Shown: positions 13,660-28,047 of the stretch, piece by piece | How the letters are laid out: every line of letters starts with the position of its first letter | Numbering within the stretch: the stretch's first letter is position 1 | Assembly (NCBI RefSeq): GCF_009914755.1 | Contig: NC_060947.1 | Source: the human T2T-CHM13v2.0 reference genome, Homo sapiens | Strand: one strand, 5' to 3' | DNA length: 64,000 bases | Translations under genes and position numbers: made by a program | The notes under the pieces: generated by a model | Told to the model about the DNA's origin: nothing | Databases searched by the model: none | Seen by the model: the letters and a program-made list of their open reading frames with translations, nothing else

Positions 13660-15020
13660 AGGTACAAAAATTTGGGAAACATTAGGTGTGCATGTTAGGG
13701 CGGTAACTCTTCTCTCCCCCAGTCTCCTTGAGGAAGGATCAAGTGGTTAATTTGTCAAAAGTTCTCACTGTGGGAGATCTGGCCTCTTTTTCCTTTCCTT
13801 CCTGCCCAGTTTGGTGGCAGGCAGCAATATTGGGGATGTGAACCTGTTCTACAGACCCAAAACCTTCCTCCAGTGGACCGCTCTAAGTCTAGACTAGGGG
13901 GCTTGTGAGGAATTAGCAAGCCCATTTGGCTCTTCTAACAAGCCCTGTCCACCAAGGCTGCTTCCCCATCTGCTGGCACGTTTGTGGAATTTCTCAGTTG
14001 GTTAGGAACCCTGGCAGGCAGGGAAGAGGTGCTATTTATTGGCCCCTCCCTACTCCCCCAGATTCTCAACTTCAGTGCTAATGCTTGTAAATTGCTTAGG
14101 AATTCTGGTGCTAAATATGCAGGAATGCAATTCTGGTTGCAGGGGAAGGCGGTGAGGGGGGAGGCTCAGAATTCCTCTGGCTTCTTAACTAGCACTTCTG
14201 GTTTCTACGGTGAACTCTGGCCCCCCTCCCCTCACCATGGTGCTCCACCCCTGCCTGGAGGGGATGAGGAAGCCACAGCTGCACCCACAGCCTCAACACT
14301 AAGCTCTGCTCAATAGAACCCTCTGCAAGTACCAGGTTGAGATATGATGAAGCAATCTGGTTGATCATTTTTTTGTCTCACTTGAGCTTACTCATTACAG
14401 TCCATTTGTGTTTTGAAATGGTTAGCTACAGATTTATAGATGATTTTTATTACCTTGTTTTGTAGTGGAGGCAACCACAAAGAATTCCATAGTTGCAATT
14501 GCCTGAAGGCAGGTAAGTATTGGAATTCTGGGTCTGCCAGGTGCCCACTCACTTCCCTCAGATGCTAAGGCTCTGCAGATCTTGGAGCAGGTGCGGGAGG
14601 GGTGATTTGGTCTCAGCCACTCCAGATTTTGGAGTTCATGTGGATATCTTGTCACCACTTAGTTTTATTGTGGATGCTGCCCTCGGGTTTTGGTTTTGCT
14701 ATCCTATTTCTCTCTCTCTCTCTCTGTTATGAATATACAAAAATGATGTTACAATCATTGATGTCATCTCAGAATGTAGAAATTGCATCACTTCCATATC
14801 GGAATAATTCATAAGGATGTTTTAACTTTAATACAAGAAAACCATAAGCATTAGAACTTCTGGGTAAAATAGTGACCAGAGGGCAAAGATTTTTAAGTCC
14901 TCTCCCCAGAGTTATGCTGAAATGACAAATGAAGCAAATGAAATGTAAACTATAAGGGGAAGCCAGTTCATCAGCTAACTAGGAAACAGCAGCAGCTCCT
15001 CACCAGGATCTCTGAGGAAT

Positions 15021-15073
15021 TTCTCTCTCTCTCCTCTCTCTCTCTGTCTCTCCTCTCTCTCTCTCTCCCTCTC

Positions 15074-15105
<32 letters not shown>

Positions 15106-15216
15106 CTCTCTCTTTTCTCTCTCCTCTCTTCTCTCTCTTCTCTCTCTCTGCTCTCTCTTTTCTCTCTCCTCTCTCTCTTCTCTCTCCTCTCTCTCTCTGT
15201 CTCTGTATCTCTCTCA
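15021..15216. repeat. Polypyrimidine (CT)-rich simple repeat
   Basis: About 195 bp almost entirely C/T on the + strand. Confidence 0.95.
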
Positions 15217-15432
15217 TAGTTCCAATCTATCATGGACTGGTACTTTTGTTAAAACAATAAAATTTATCATACAATTAACTGAAAAAGACATACCAAGTCC
15301 AAGCCCATCTACTTTATTGTTAGAGTCAACAGACACTCTGATTCAACAGATTTACTCTGCCTGCGTATACACTCAATTTCTGTACTTATTACAGGCTGGA
15401 AGCAGTTTCTGGATCACCATCCACTTGCAGAC

Positions 15433-15889
15433 TGTATTCATTTATTTAGGGCCATCAGAACAAAATAACACAAACTGCATGGCTTAAAACGACAAAAATG
15501 GATTTTCTTGCAGGTTCTGGCATCCACTAGTCTGAAGTCAAGGTATGGGCAGGGCCGCGCTCCCTCCAAAGAGGCTCCCAGGGAAAAATCGTTCCTGGTC
15601 TCTCCTAGCTTCGGGTGGCTGGTGGCATTCCTTGATGTTCTGTGGCTTTTAGATGCTTAGACACATCACTCCAATCTCTGTCTCTGTCATCATATGACCT
15701 TGTCCCTGTATGTGTCTGTTTCCAAATTTTCCCCTTTTTAATTAAGATATGAGTCCTGTTGGATTAGGGCCCACTGTAAGGACTTCATCTTAACTTGATT
15801 ACATCTGCAAAGACCCTATTTCCAAATAAGGTCGCATCGACGGGTCCTGGGTCAACATGACTTTTGGGGGACACAGTTCAATCCACTAC
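15433..15889 (-). mobile_element. MLT1 (MaLR) LTR
   Basis: TACATCTGCAAAGACCCTATTTCCAAATAAGGTC and GGGGGACACAGTTCAA motifs. Confidence 0.75.
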
Positions 15890-16441
15890 GTGGAGCATCC
15901 TCATTTTGTGAACTTCACTTTCTGTGGCTCTCATGGAGAGGGTGCAAGACTAATTTAAAGGCAGGGGCAGCCTGTGGCTCCCTGCCTATGAAAACACAGC
16001 GTCTTGGGGAATTGCACCCACTAACTGAGAGGGGCCTGGGTTGGAAGCAAGGTTGAGTTCTGCAGCAGCTGGAGGAAGGAGATACATCTGGCCCCACCAG
16101 CGCCCCTGGAAGTCCAGCTTTCTGAGAAGTCCACAGGAGTCTCTACTCCTGCCTTATACTGGTTACATGTGGCAGCACCATGGAAAGGGCTGGCCACTGT
16201 CATGATCTCGCTTTCTGAGGGGGAATGTGCCAGGTCAGGGGGCACCATACCACCTCTCTGCCGCCATTGTCTTGGGCTCTTCACATTTTACCAGATCTCT
16301 TAGCTGGCAAAGTAGAACCACAGAGAGTCTAGACTTTTTCCCTCTCTCTTCATCCTGCCCGAAAGATTGGAACAGAGTGTCTGATGGAGCCTCCTTAACT
16401 CCCAATATTGGAAGACAGAGACCTTCTTCTGTAAGGATGAG

Positions 16442-16871
16442 TGTCTTAGTCCATCTGTGTTGCTCCAAAGGAATACCCGAGGCTGGGTCATGGATAAAGG
16501 AAAGAGGTTTATTTGGCTCAGGCTTCTGCAGACTATACAGAAAGCATGGTGGTGGCATCTGCTCTGCTTCTGGGGAGGGCCTCGGGCTGCTTCCACTCAT
16601 TGTGGAAAGTGAAGGGGAGGTGGCATGTGCAGAGGTCACAGGACAAGAAAGGAAGCAAGAGAGAGAGAAGGAGGTGCCAGGCTCTTTTTAGGAACCAGAT
16701 ATTCTGGGAACTAAGAGAGGGAGAGCTCACTTGCCACCATGAGGACAACCCCAAGCCCTTCATGAGGGATCCACCCCCATGAGCAAACACCTCCCACCAG
16801 GCCCCACCTCCGACATTGGAGATCAATTTCAACATGAGGTTTGGAGGGCACAAAACATCCAAACTGTAGCA
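16442..16871 (-). mobile_element. MST (MaLR) LTR
   Basis: AAACACCTCCCACCAGGCCCCACCTCC and TTTCAACATGAG motifs. Confidence 0.8.
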
Positions 16872-17194
16872 GTGATCAAGCAGATGTGGCAGCTGGGATT
16901 CTGTGGGTCAAAAGAAGCAGAAAGCAACTCCACCAAGGTCAGGAAAGCATGGGACCTTCTAAAGTGAATACCAGGTTTATGGGATGCAGGGTGGTTGTCT
17001 CTCAGAAGCCCAGGACAGGACTGCAGCTGGGCCTCAGGAACAAACTGAAACCAGAGACTCAGACACCATCAGGACTTCCTCCCTCCCTGTGTCTTTCAGC
17101 CCTGTGGATCTGCTCCTTTCTTCCTTTTCTCTGAAGACAAATGTCTTCTGCACCTTTTCCCAGGATGACCGCAAGCAGCTCCCAAATTTACAGG

Positions 17195-17603
17195 TGTATT
17201 AGGCCATTCTTGCACTGCTATAAAGAAATGCCTGAGGCCGGGTCATTGATAAGAAAAGAGGTTGAATGGGCTCACGGTTCTGCAGGCTGTACAAGAAGCA
17301 CAGCAGCATCTGTTTCTGGTGAGGCCTCAGGAAGCTTCCAATCATGGCAGAGGGCAAAGGTGGAGTTGGACCATCACATGGCCAGGGCAGGAGCAAGGGG
17401 GTGGGGAGTTGCCACATGCTATTAAATGACCAGATCTCGTGTGAACTCAGAGCGAGAGCTCGCTCATCACCAAGAGGATGGCCCAAGCCATTCTTGAGGG
17501 ATCTGCTTCCATGACCCAAACACCTCCCACCAGGCCCCACCTCCAACACTGGGGATCACATTTCAACATGAGATGTGGAGGGGACAAATATCCAAACTCT
17601 ATC
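17195..17603 (-). mobile_element. MSTA-like LTR
   Basis: TGTATTAGGCCATTCTTGC...GAGGCCTCAGGAAGCTTCCAATCATGGCAG. Confidence 0.8.
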
Positions 17604-18373
17604 CCCAGGTGACAGTCGAGGTGTGGAGTAACTTGAAAACCCTCCTGCTCTAAAACATCATCAGGACTCTGTCTCTGAGTCTCCCATATCCACTAAGAAG
17701 GAGCCAGAAGGGCCTTCTGGATGTGGTCTACATTGCAGTGTCGGCCGATGAGACAGATAGATAGGAGAGGATGATGGGAATATGGATGTTAGCCAGTTCG
17801 AGCAAAGCACCGGCTCATGTATATGACAATGATCTCCAGATGCAGTACCTCTGTGGAGACCTTGGTCTGTCTGGCTGCCTTCTTGCCCTTCCCCTGTGGT
17901 GTTGTCTCAGTGGTGAAAGCTAGCTCAATTACACCACCCCCTCATGCCAGGCCACCAAAAGGAGACACAAGAAGAAAGGGACATGGCATGGAAAGCCAAC
18001 CTAAGGGTAAGGAAACGACTTCCTCAGGATTGACCAGCAAACATGTAGCACCTTTATTCTGCTGACTCTTTCCATGTTTCTCTCTAGCCCATGAGCTCTC
18101 CAGTCTGGGATGAGCATGTGTTGAGTGGCGGCAGCTGGGTCCCTAGTGTCCCCAGGAGTTTCTGCAATTGGGCACATCTCTAGAGCCTGGCCCCAGTGTC
18201 TGCTGCTTCATAGATGCTGAATAAATGGTGGTTGAATGAACACATATGAAAGCCAATGTGCTAATGCGGCTGTGGGGTGGAAGGATGGTGTCCTTCGGAT
18301 CTGAGCGTGTATCTCCAGGAAAGGCTTTCCAAACAGGACAGACACTGAGCGTGGGTTTGGGAGAAAGGCCAAG

Positions 18374-18736
18374 TGTATTAGTCTGTTCTCATGCTGCTAA
18401 TGAAGACATACCCAAGACTGGGTAATTTACAAAGGAAGGAGATTTAATGGACTCACAGTGCCACATGGCTGGGAGGTCTCACAATCATGGTGGAAGGCAA
18501 AGGATGCACAAAGGCACATCTTACGTGGTGGCAGTCAAGAGAGCATGTGCAGGGGAACTCCCCTTCATGAAACCGTCAGATCTCATGAGACTTATTCACT
18601 ATCACGAGAACAGCACGGGAAACATCCGCCCCCATGATTCAGTTACCTCCCACCAGGTCCCTCCCATGGCACGTGGGAATTATGGGAGCCACACTTCAAG
18701 ATCAGATGTGGGTGGGGACACAGCCAAACCATATCA
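18374..18736 (-). mobile_element. THE1 LTR
   Basis: TGTATTAGTCTGTTCTCATGCTGCTAAT...CAGCCAAACCATATCA. Confidence 0.85.
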
Positions 18737-19127
18737 TCAAGTTTTACCAAAGCTTCCTTCAGGTTCCCTGCAGCTCAGGCTGTTCCACAGTCCTGACTTG
18801 CTCTCTGCAGCGTACAGGGTGAGACCCCAGGAAACTCCTCAATTAAAACACAGGACAAGGTGCTCAGCATACCTGCCTGTCCTTTCTCTTCCTCCAGTAC
18901 TTTCTGCTCTGGCCAGAGGAGATTCCCCGGCCATCTGGACCCTCCCTTCTCTACCCTTGTCTTACATTGCTGCCAACTTGCCCTCCAATATACACCGTCA
19001 TCAACAGCCTATGACAGTGTCGCTAGCCTCACATCCTTGCTGAACTGATGGGAATTATTTAAATTTTTGCCAATCAGATGGAAAAAAAAATCATTGTTTT
19101 AATTTTTCTTTAAAAACTAAAGAAGGA

Positions 19128-19425
19128 GGCCGGGCAGGGTGGCTCACGCCTGTAATCCCAGCATTTTAGGAGACCAAGGTGGGTGGATCATTTGACGTCA
19201 AGAGTCTGAGACCAGCCTGGCCAACATGATGAAACCCCGTCTCCACTAAAAATAAAAAACTTAGCCGGGAGTGGTGGTGCACACCTGTAATCCCAGCTAC
19301 TCAAGAGGCTGAGACGGGAGAATCATTTGAACCTAGGAGGCGGAGGTTGCAGTGAGCCAAGGTTGCACCAGTGCACTCTGGCCTGGGTGACAGAGTGAGA
19401 CTCTGCCTCAAGAAGAAGAAAATAA
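19128..19425 (+). mobile_element. AluS
   Basis: Full Alu dimer. Confidence 0.9.
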
Positions 19426-19491
19426 AAAGCTAAAGAAGGAAATGAAAATTATTTAAAAATTAGTGAAGCTGAGCATCTTTTCATGTGCTTA

Positions 19492-21054
<1,563 letters not shown>

Positions 21055-21177
21055 TGTTACCCTGGGTTCCTCCGTGTGCACAAGCTTACCGCAAGGCTCA
21101 CCGTGGACGTACTCGGGAATCTCTCATCGACTGTCCTCAATGCTCACGGTCTTAGCGCACCTTCACCCTAGAGAAAG

Positions 21178-21195
21178 GCCCCACGTTGGGCGCCA
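21178..21195 (-). promoter_or_regulatory. Primer binding site for tRNA-Lys(CUU)
   Basis: TGGCGCCCAACGTGGGGC, an 18-nt complement of the tRNA-Lys(CUU) 3' end, 2 nt after the LTR. Confidence 0.92.
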
Positions 21196-21197
21196 AA

Positions 21198-22185
21198 TGA
21201 AGAGGGCCAGCCCCATCCACACCTGTGGGTATTTCTCGTCAGGTGGGACGAGAGACTGAGAAAAGAAATAAGACACAGAGACAAAGTATAGAGAAAGAAC
21301 AGTGGGCCCAGGAGACTGGTGCTCAGCATACGGAGGACCCGCACTGGCACCGGTCTCTGAGTTCCCTCAGTATTTATTGATTACTATTTTTACTATCTCA
21401 GTAAGGGGAATGTGGCAGGAGAACAGGGTGATAGTGTGGAGAAGGTCAACAAGAAAACATGTGAGCAAAGGAATCTGTGTCACAAATAAGTTCAAGGGAA
21501 GGTACTATGCCTGGATGTGCACATAGGCCAGATTTATGCTTTTCTCCACCCAAACATCTCAGTGGAGTAAAGAGTAACAGAGCAGCATTGCTGCCACCAA
21601 CATGTCTCGCCTCCCGCCACACGGCGGGTTTTCTCTTATCTCAGAAGAGAACAAATGTACAATCGAGTTTTATACTGAGACATTTAGTTCCCAGGGGCAG
21701 GCAGGAGACAGAGGCCTTCCTCTTATCTCAACTGCAAGAGGCCTTCCTCCTCAGCACAGACCCTTCACGGGTGTTGGGCTGGGGGACGGTCAGGTCTTTC
21801 CCGCCCCACGAGGCCATATCTCAGGCTATCACATGGGGAGAAACCTTGGACAATACCCGGCTTTCCAGGGCAGAGGTCCCTGCGGCTTTCCGCAGTGCAT
21901 TGTGCCCCTGGCTTATCGAGAATGGAGAATGGTGATGACTTTTACGAAGCATACTGCCTGTAAACATTTTGTTAACAAGGCACATACTGCACAGCCCTAG
22001 ATCCCTTAAACCTTGATTCCATACAACACATGTTTCTGTGAGCTCAAGGTTGGGGCAAAGTTACAGATTAACAGCATCTCGGGGCAAAACAATCGTTCAG
22101 GGTACAGGTCAAAATGGAGTTTCTTATGTCTTCCTTTTCTACATAGACAACAGTAACAGTCTGATCTCTCTTTCTTTTCCCTACA
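21198..22185 (-). mobile_element. HERV-K HML-2 5' LTR (LTR5B-like)
   Basis: Minus strand TGTAGGGAAAAG...CTCTTCA followed by PBS and gag. Homologous to 1439-2431. Confidence 0.92.
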
Positions 22186-22824
22186 GCTGGAAGGGTATGC
22201 ACATCTTTCCCTTAATAGAAAATGCCAAATAAATGTCCAGATAGATGTTACTACCACTCCTACTGACAGCGTATGAGTCCTCGTTTCCAACTACAGCCTT
22301 GCCAAGCATTGGAGATTGTCAACTAATATTATTAATCTTACATTAAAATCTGCTGTGTTCCCACCGAGCAAATGCTAAAACAAAACTCAAAGGGATCAAG
22401 TTGTCTCCGAGCAACTTAAGAGCATCCCAGAACACAGCTCAAGCATATGTCTGTTTTGCTTTGACAAACAGCCCCTTTCCAACCTAGCTCTGCCCAAGAT
22501 GGTGCCAGCGTGACCTCCCGGCAGACAAGACACCTCAGCATGTCATGCAGACCCCACAGCTGCCTGCTCCCTCCCCTGCCTACCATTCACGCCAAGTCCT
22601 CCTTTAAAAGGCCCTGCTTTCTGCCCCCAGTGGGAAGCAGCACCCTTAAAGGCAGGAGCCTGTACGTCTTCCCCTAAATCAAGCATGGCAGAAAGTCCGT
22701 TTCTTTATAGCAGACCACGCTCTTGTTAATTGGATCTCCAAGCGATGAGGGAATGAACCTGTGTTTTGGTTATATTACATGTTCACAAAGATTTTAGATT
22801 ATTTGAATTACTATTATCATTATT

Positions 22825-23757
<933 letters not shown>

Positions 23758-24043
23758 TAATGCTGACCTGGAAAAACATTATATATGCTACTGTCATATA
23801 TTTAACATATAAATGCAAGTATATTGAGGAAAATATTCTAAAATGTCCACAGTAGTTAATGCTGAATGGCGGGACCCAGTGGCTTTTCATTTTCCCCCAT
23901 TTCCCAAATTGCCTCCCGTTACCTTGTGCTACTTCAATCTGTGAATCCCAGAGCCTCCCCTGCAACCCGAGGACAAGGGCATGCAAGTCCGAAGGTGCCT
24001 TCGCTCGCCGAAAAGAGACTCAGACACGGAATCGTAGCTCAGT

Positions 24044-24049
24044 TTTATT
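24044..24049 (-). terminator. CTAG1B polyadenylation signal AATAAA
   Basis: TTTATT on the + strand, 135 nt after the stop codon. Confidence 0.8.
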
Positions 24050-24183
24050 TTCTACAGAAACAAACATGTAAGCCGTCCTCCTCCAGCGACAAACAATCAG
24101 GCCCCCACAATGAACTGGCCACTCGTGCTGGGACCATTCCCTAGGGGAGGAGGCATGACCTAGGAAGGGGCGCCAGGCTGGGC

Positions 24184-25636
24184 TTAGCGCCTCTGCCCTG
24201 AGGGAGGCTGAGCCAAAAACACGGGCAGAAAGCACTGCGTGATCCACATCAACAGGGAAAGCTGCTGGAGACAGGAGCTGATGGAGAGCTGCAGTTGGCG
24301 GTGGTCTGCAGCAGTCAGTCGGCTAAATGTGAGGGGCAGAGAACATCACGTTAAAGGCGACACCTCTGCACCCATCTCCCTGGGCTCCCTCGGGTGGCGG
24401 CGGGCCTGGTGTACCAGGTCTCTGTTCTGAGACCCTGTGCTGGGGTGTTCCCAGGTTTCTAGCAGCCTGACCGTGGGGTGTAGGCGGATCCCAGCCCCCA
24501 CCCTGCCACGCTGTGACCGCCACCCACCCAGGCCCCATCCCTGTCCTGGTCCTGAACTGACATAGTCAGTATGTTGCCGGACACAGTGAACTCCTTCAGA
24601 AGCACCCCTGGCACGGGAAGCGGTGGGGCATCCTGGGCCAGGCTCCTGCGGGCCAGCTCTGCTTCCATGGGTGTCGCGAAAGGCATGGCGAGGTAGCTGG
24701 TGGGGGCCCAGTTAAGGCATCCTCTCCTAGGACTTGGCCTGTGGCTCCGGCCTGCTGCTTACCCCAGGCCAGCTTCCCCCTCCCCCACTCCCCCACCCCT
24801 CCCCCCTACCCCGGATTGCCCAGCCCATCCCCCCCAGGCTGTCTCCCCAGGCACTGGCCCAGTAGCACACCCCACCCAGCTGTCTTGGTTCCCCACTTTC
24901 CTTTGCTGCACCCCAAGCTGACTCCTCCATGCCCTTACAAGACCCCTCCCCACCCTGCCCCCTGTGGCATCACCCGGCCCCCTCCTCATCACTCGACCCT
25001 CCATCCCAACCACCTCCCGCCACCCGCTCCCATCTTGCCCCCTTCCCCCCACCTCCTGATCCCCTCCTACACCTGGGTCCCCCTATCTCCTGGCCCCTGC
25101 TCCCCTCCCCGCATGACCCGGTGCCCCTCACCCAATCACCCAGCCCCTCTCCCCCACCCCCACCCCCTCTACCTCCCAGCCCTTACCTCCTCCCCTCCTC
25201 GCAGCTGGCCTCTCATATCCCCACCTCCCAACCCCCACCCCCACCCCCACCCAACCACTTACTCGCATCTCCCCCGCCTCCTCCCCCACCTGGCCCTGCC
25301 CTCCCCATCTCCCGGCCCCCACCTCGCCACCAGAACTGTCAGAACAGAACAGAACAGAACAGAATACAACTCAAGCAGGCGGCTCTCCGGCCCCCTGGCC
25401 CCGCATCTGCAGCATCCATTCAGCCCTGAAGCCGCGCCGCCATGCGGACCCCGCGGGGCGCCTCCTCCCGGCCCCGAGGCCCTTGCTGCCCCTGCGCCCC
25501 GGGGACCTCTGCCGCCCGTGGCACCCGCCTCTCCTGGGCCGCCAGCATTGCCCCCTGGGCCATCAGGAATGCCAGGGCCTCCTGGGCCATCAGCATCGCC
25601 CGTCGAACCCCCTGTGCCCCGGCCTTCGGCCTGCAT
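24184..25636 (-). CDS. CTAG1B: Cancer/testis antigen 1 (NY-ESO-1), 180 aa, 3 exons
   Basis: Coding exons 25636-25368, 24696-24562 and 24322-24184 (269+135+139=543 nt) with GT-AG introns. MQAEGRGTGG...SRLLEF/YLAMPFATPME...SLLMWITQCFLPVFLAQPPSGQRR. Assigned B rather than A from its position beside IKBKGP1/CTAG2. Intron-2 retention gives 168 aa (stop 24459). Confidence 0.96.
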
Positions 25637-26480
25637 GGCTCCGGAGCCTCTGCCCGGCTCTCAGAGAGAAGGTCAGGGCCCACGAGGATGCGGAGGCAGA
25701 GAGGCTGCAGGAAGTTCCGCCCCCTGGCGTGAGATGGGCAGCCCGGGATCCTCAGGGCGCCTGCGCACAGGGGCCCTACTTCCGGCCCTGGGAGACCCCG
25801 AGTGAGCCCCGGAGCACGTGACCGGTTCTCACCAACCCCGCCCCTCCCCAAGAGAGCCCGGGCCGGAAGGTGGCCGCAATGCCAGCTTGGACCCCTCACC
25901 CCTGAGCAGCCGGCTGTCCGCCGGACCCCTGTCCCGGGAGCCCTGCAGGGAGTCAGGCACTGCGGGGCCCAGCCTGTCCCATCCCCCGGGTCTCCCTCAC
26001 ATCGAGGAGCAAGACGGGCCTGGGAACACGGGGCCGGGACTGTGCGGCCATCGTCCCGGACCCTGCCTGCCCTGTCCGTCCTTGGGGGAGCGCCCAGGAC
26101 AGACCCCGGGGGGCAGGCCTCTAACTGGGCTCAGCAGCCTCCGTCCCTGTCCTGGTCGCCCAGCTGGTGGGGTAGCTGGAACTGCATGTCTGGTGGGCGT
26201 GGCCTCGCGCCAGCCAAGGTCTCCCAGGCGCCAGGTCCAGCCAAGGTGGACGGGAGGGCCCAGCGGGACCCGGGGCCGGATCTCACTCCTGGGTTCAACG
26301 GGTTCTGTCCCTGTCCTAGTCGCCCCGCCTGGTGGGGGAGCTGGAGCTGCGTGTGGGGTGGGTTGCGGGTGGCCTCCCACCAGCCAGGGGCTCCCGGGCT
26401 CTAGGCCTGGCCCAGGTGGACAGGCGGGACCTGCTGGACCTGAGGCTGGGTCGGGCCTGGCTCCTGGGTTCGGCAGTATC
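25380..26480 (-). promoter_or_regulatory. CpG island / promoter of CTAG1B
   Basis: Dense CpG, GC boxes and GGAAG ETS-like cores upstream of the ATG. Confidence 0.75.
25420..25596 (-). CDS. NY-ESO-1 alternative reading frame ORF2 (58 aa)
   Basis: MLMAQEALAFL...RMAARLQG, ATG 40 nt downstream of the main ATG. Known alternative-frame T-cell antigen. Confidence 0.75.
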   Translation of the reverse strand: MLMAQEALAFLMAQGAMLAAQERRVPRAAEVPGAQGQQGPRGREEAPRGVRMAARLQG

Positions 26481-26784
26481 AGTCCCTGCCCTGGTCGCTC
26501 TTGCCTGGTAGGGAGCTGGGAGGTGACCCTGTGTCTGCTCAGTGGTGATCTATTTGTGTGTCTGGAAGGGGGTCAAATCCACGGGACAGGTACCTCTAGA
26601 GGCATGCAGGGGTGAGGGCGGCACGGCCCCGGGAGCTGAATGTCTGTGCCAGGCACACCTGTAGCAACAGGAGGTGACCAGACAGGGCCTAGCCCTGAGG
26701 AAGGGGGAGGTACTGAAATCCAAACCACTCTCCCCCACCTTCCAAATCCAGGAATCAGCAGCCTCTGCACCTGGGAAAAGCATA

Positions 26785-27150
26785 TTGGCACTCATGTGGA
26801 AACTAAAAACGTTGATCTTTTGGAGGTAGAGCAGAATGATGGTTACCAGACGCTGGGAAAGGTGGGGAGGGTGGGGAGGTTAATGGGGACAAACATATAG
26901 TTGCATAGAAGGATTAAGTTCTAGTGTTTGATAGCACCGTAGAGGGACTATAGGTAATTATTTATTGTATATTTCAAAATAGCTAAAAGATAGGAAATGT
27001 TCCCCAAAAAAAGAAATGATAAATGCTTGAGGTGGTGGAGATCCTAAATACCCCGACTTGATCATTACATCGTGTGTGCGTGTGCATGTATCAGAATATC
27101 ACATGTATCCCATAAATATGCAGAGTTATCATACATCAGTTAAAAATGTT
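26785..27150 (+). mobile_element. L1MA-type 3' end
   Basis: TTGTATATTTCAAAATAGCTA and TATCACATGTATCCCATAAATATG motifs. This element is absent upstream of CTAG2. Confidence 0.7.
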
Positions 27151-28047
27151 TTTACTTACAGAAAAGAAAAATTCACCCAAGCTCTTGCGTGTACCTCCAG
27201 TTTATTATTTTCACTGCTGTATTTCATTACATATATTTCATTAAATGATGAATTTTAAAAACCAGAGAACACAACTTGTTAACACCTGGAATAGCTGAAA
27301 ATCAGACATAACCCGGTTAGTGATTGCCATCCTTCCTGTCGTCCTCTGCTCAGTCTCCCCATTCTCAGACAGAGGCAGGCTAAAGTTCTTACCTTCAACA
27401 GGTCAGGGAAGGGAGAGTAAAGTGCATGTGACCCTGTCTTAGGAAGCAGGAAGACAGAGGGAGGGTCTCCGGGTCCCCATTATTTTCCCGGCCTATTATC
27501 CTCAGATCAAGTCAAGAAAGGAAGTCCTAACTGATTGAGAGATTCCTGGAGATACTGCCACTGTCCTGGAAGTCTCAGCCAGCCACTGGACCGGAAATCT
27601 CCATCAATATTTCAGCCAGAGCAACGTCTGCCACTAGATGGCATCAAACTCCAGCCGGGAGCAGGACAGATTTGGATGGTCCAGCGGGCTTGCCTCATTC
27701 ATTTCATTAACCCCACAGTAACACATTTTCACATTGTATGTGATTGGATTTCTTGGAAACTACCTATTACATTACGGCAGAGTTTTATAGTCCTCTAATT
27801 TATCCATTCTGCTGATGATGGGCAGGCATTTGGATAGTTTCCAGCCCTTGGCTATGAACATGCTTGTACAGGTCTCTTGAAGCACATGTCCAAGTTTTTT
27901 TTTGGAATTGCTGTATCACAGCCAATACATATCTCGAAATTTACTAGATAATGCCATGTTTTCCCAAGTGGTTTGAGCCAATTTTCGCTTCCACCATAAT
28001 GTGTCAGCGTACATACACATAGCTCAACATTCTCATCAATATTGACG

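Noticed and set aside
24741-26615. Long + strand ORFs (354, 265, 200 aa) and their twins at 60122-61160
   Set aside because: Pro/Gly-rich shadow frames of GC-rich CTAG DNA; duplication reflects the duplicon, not coding constraint.
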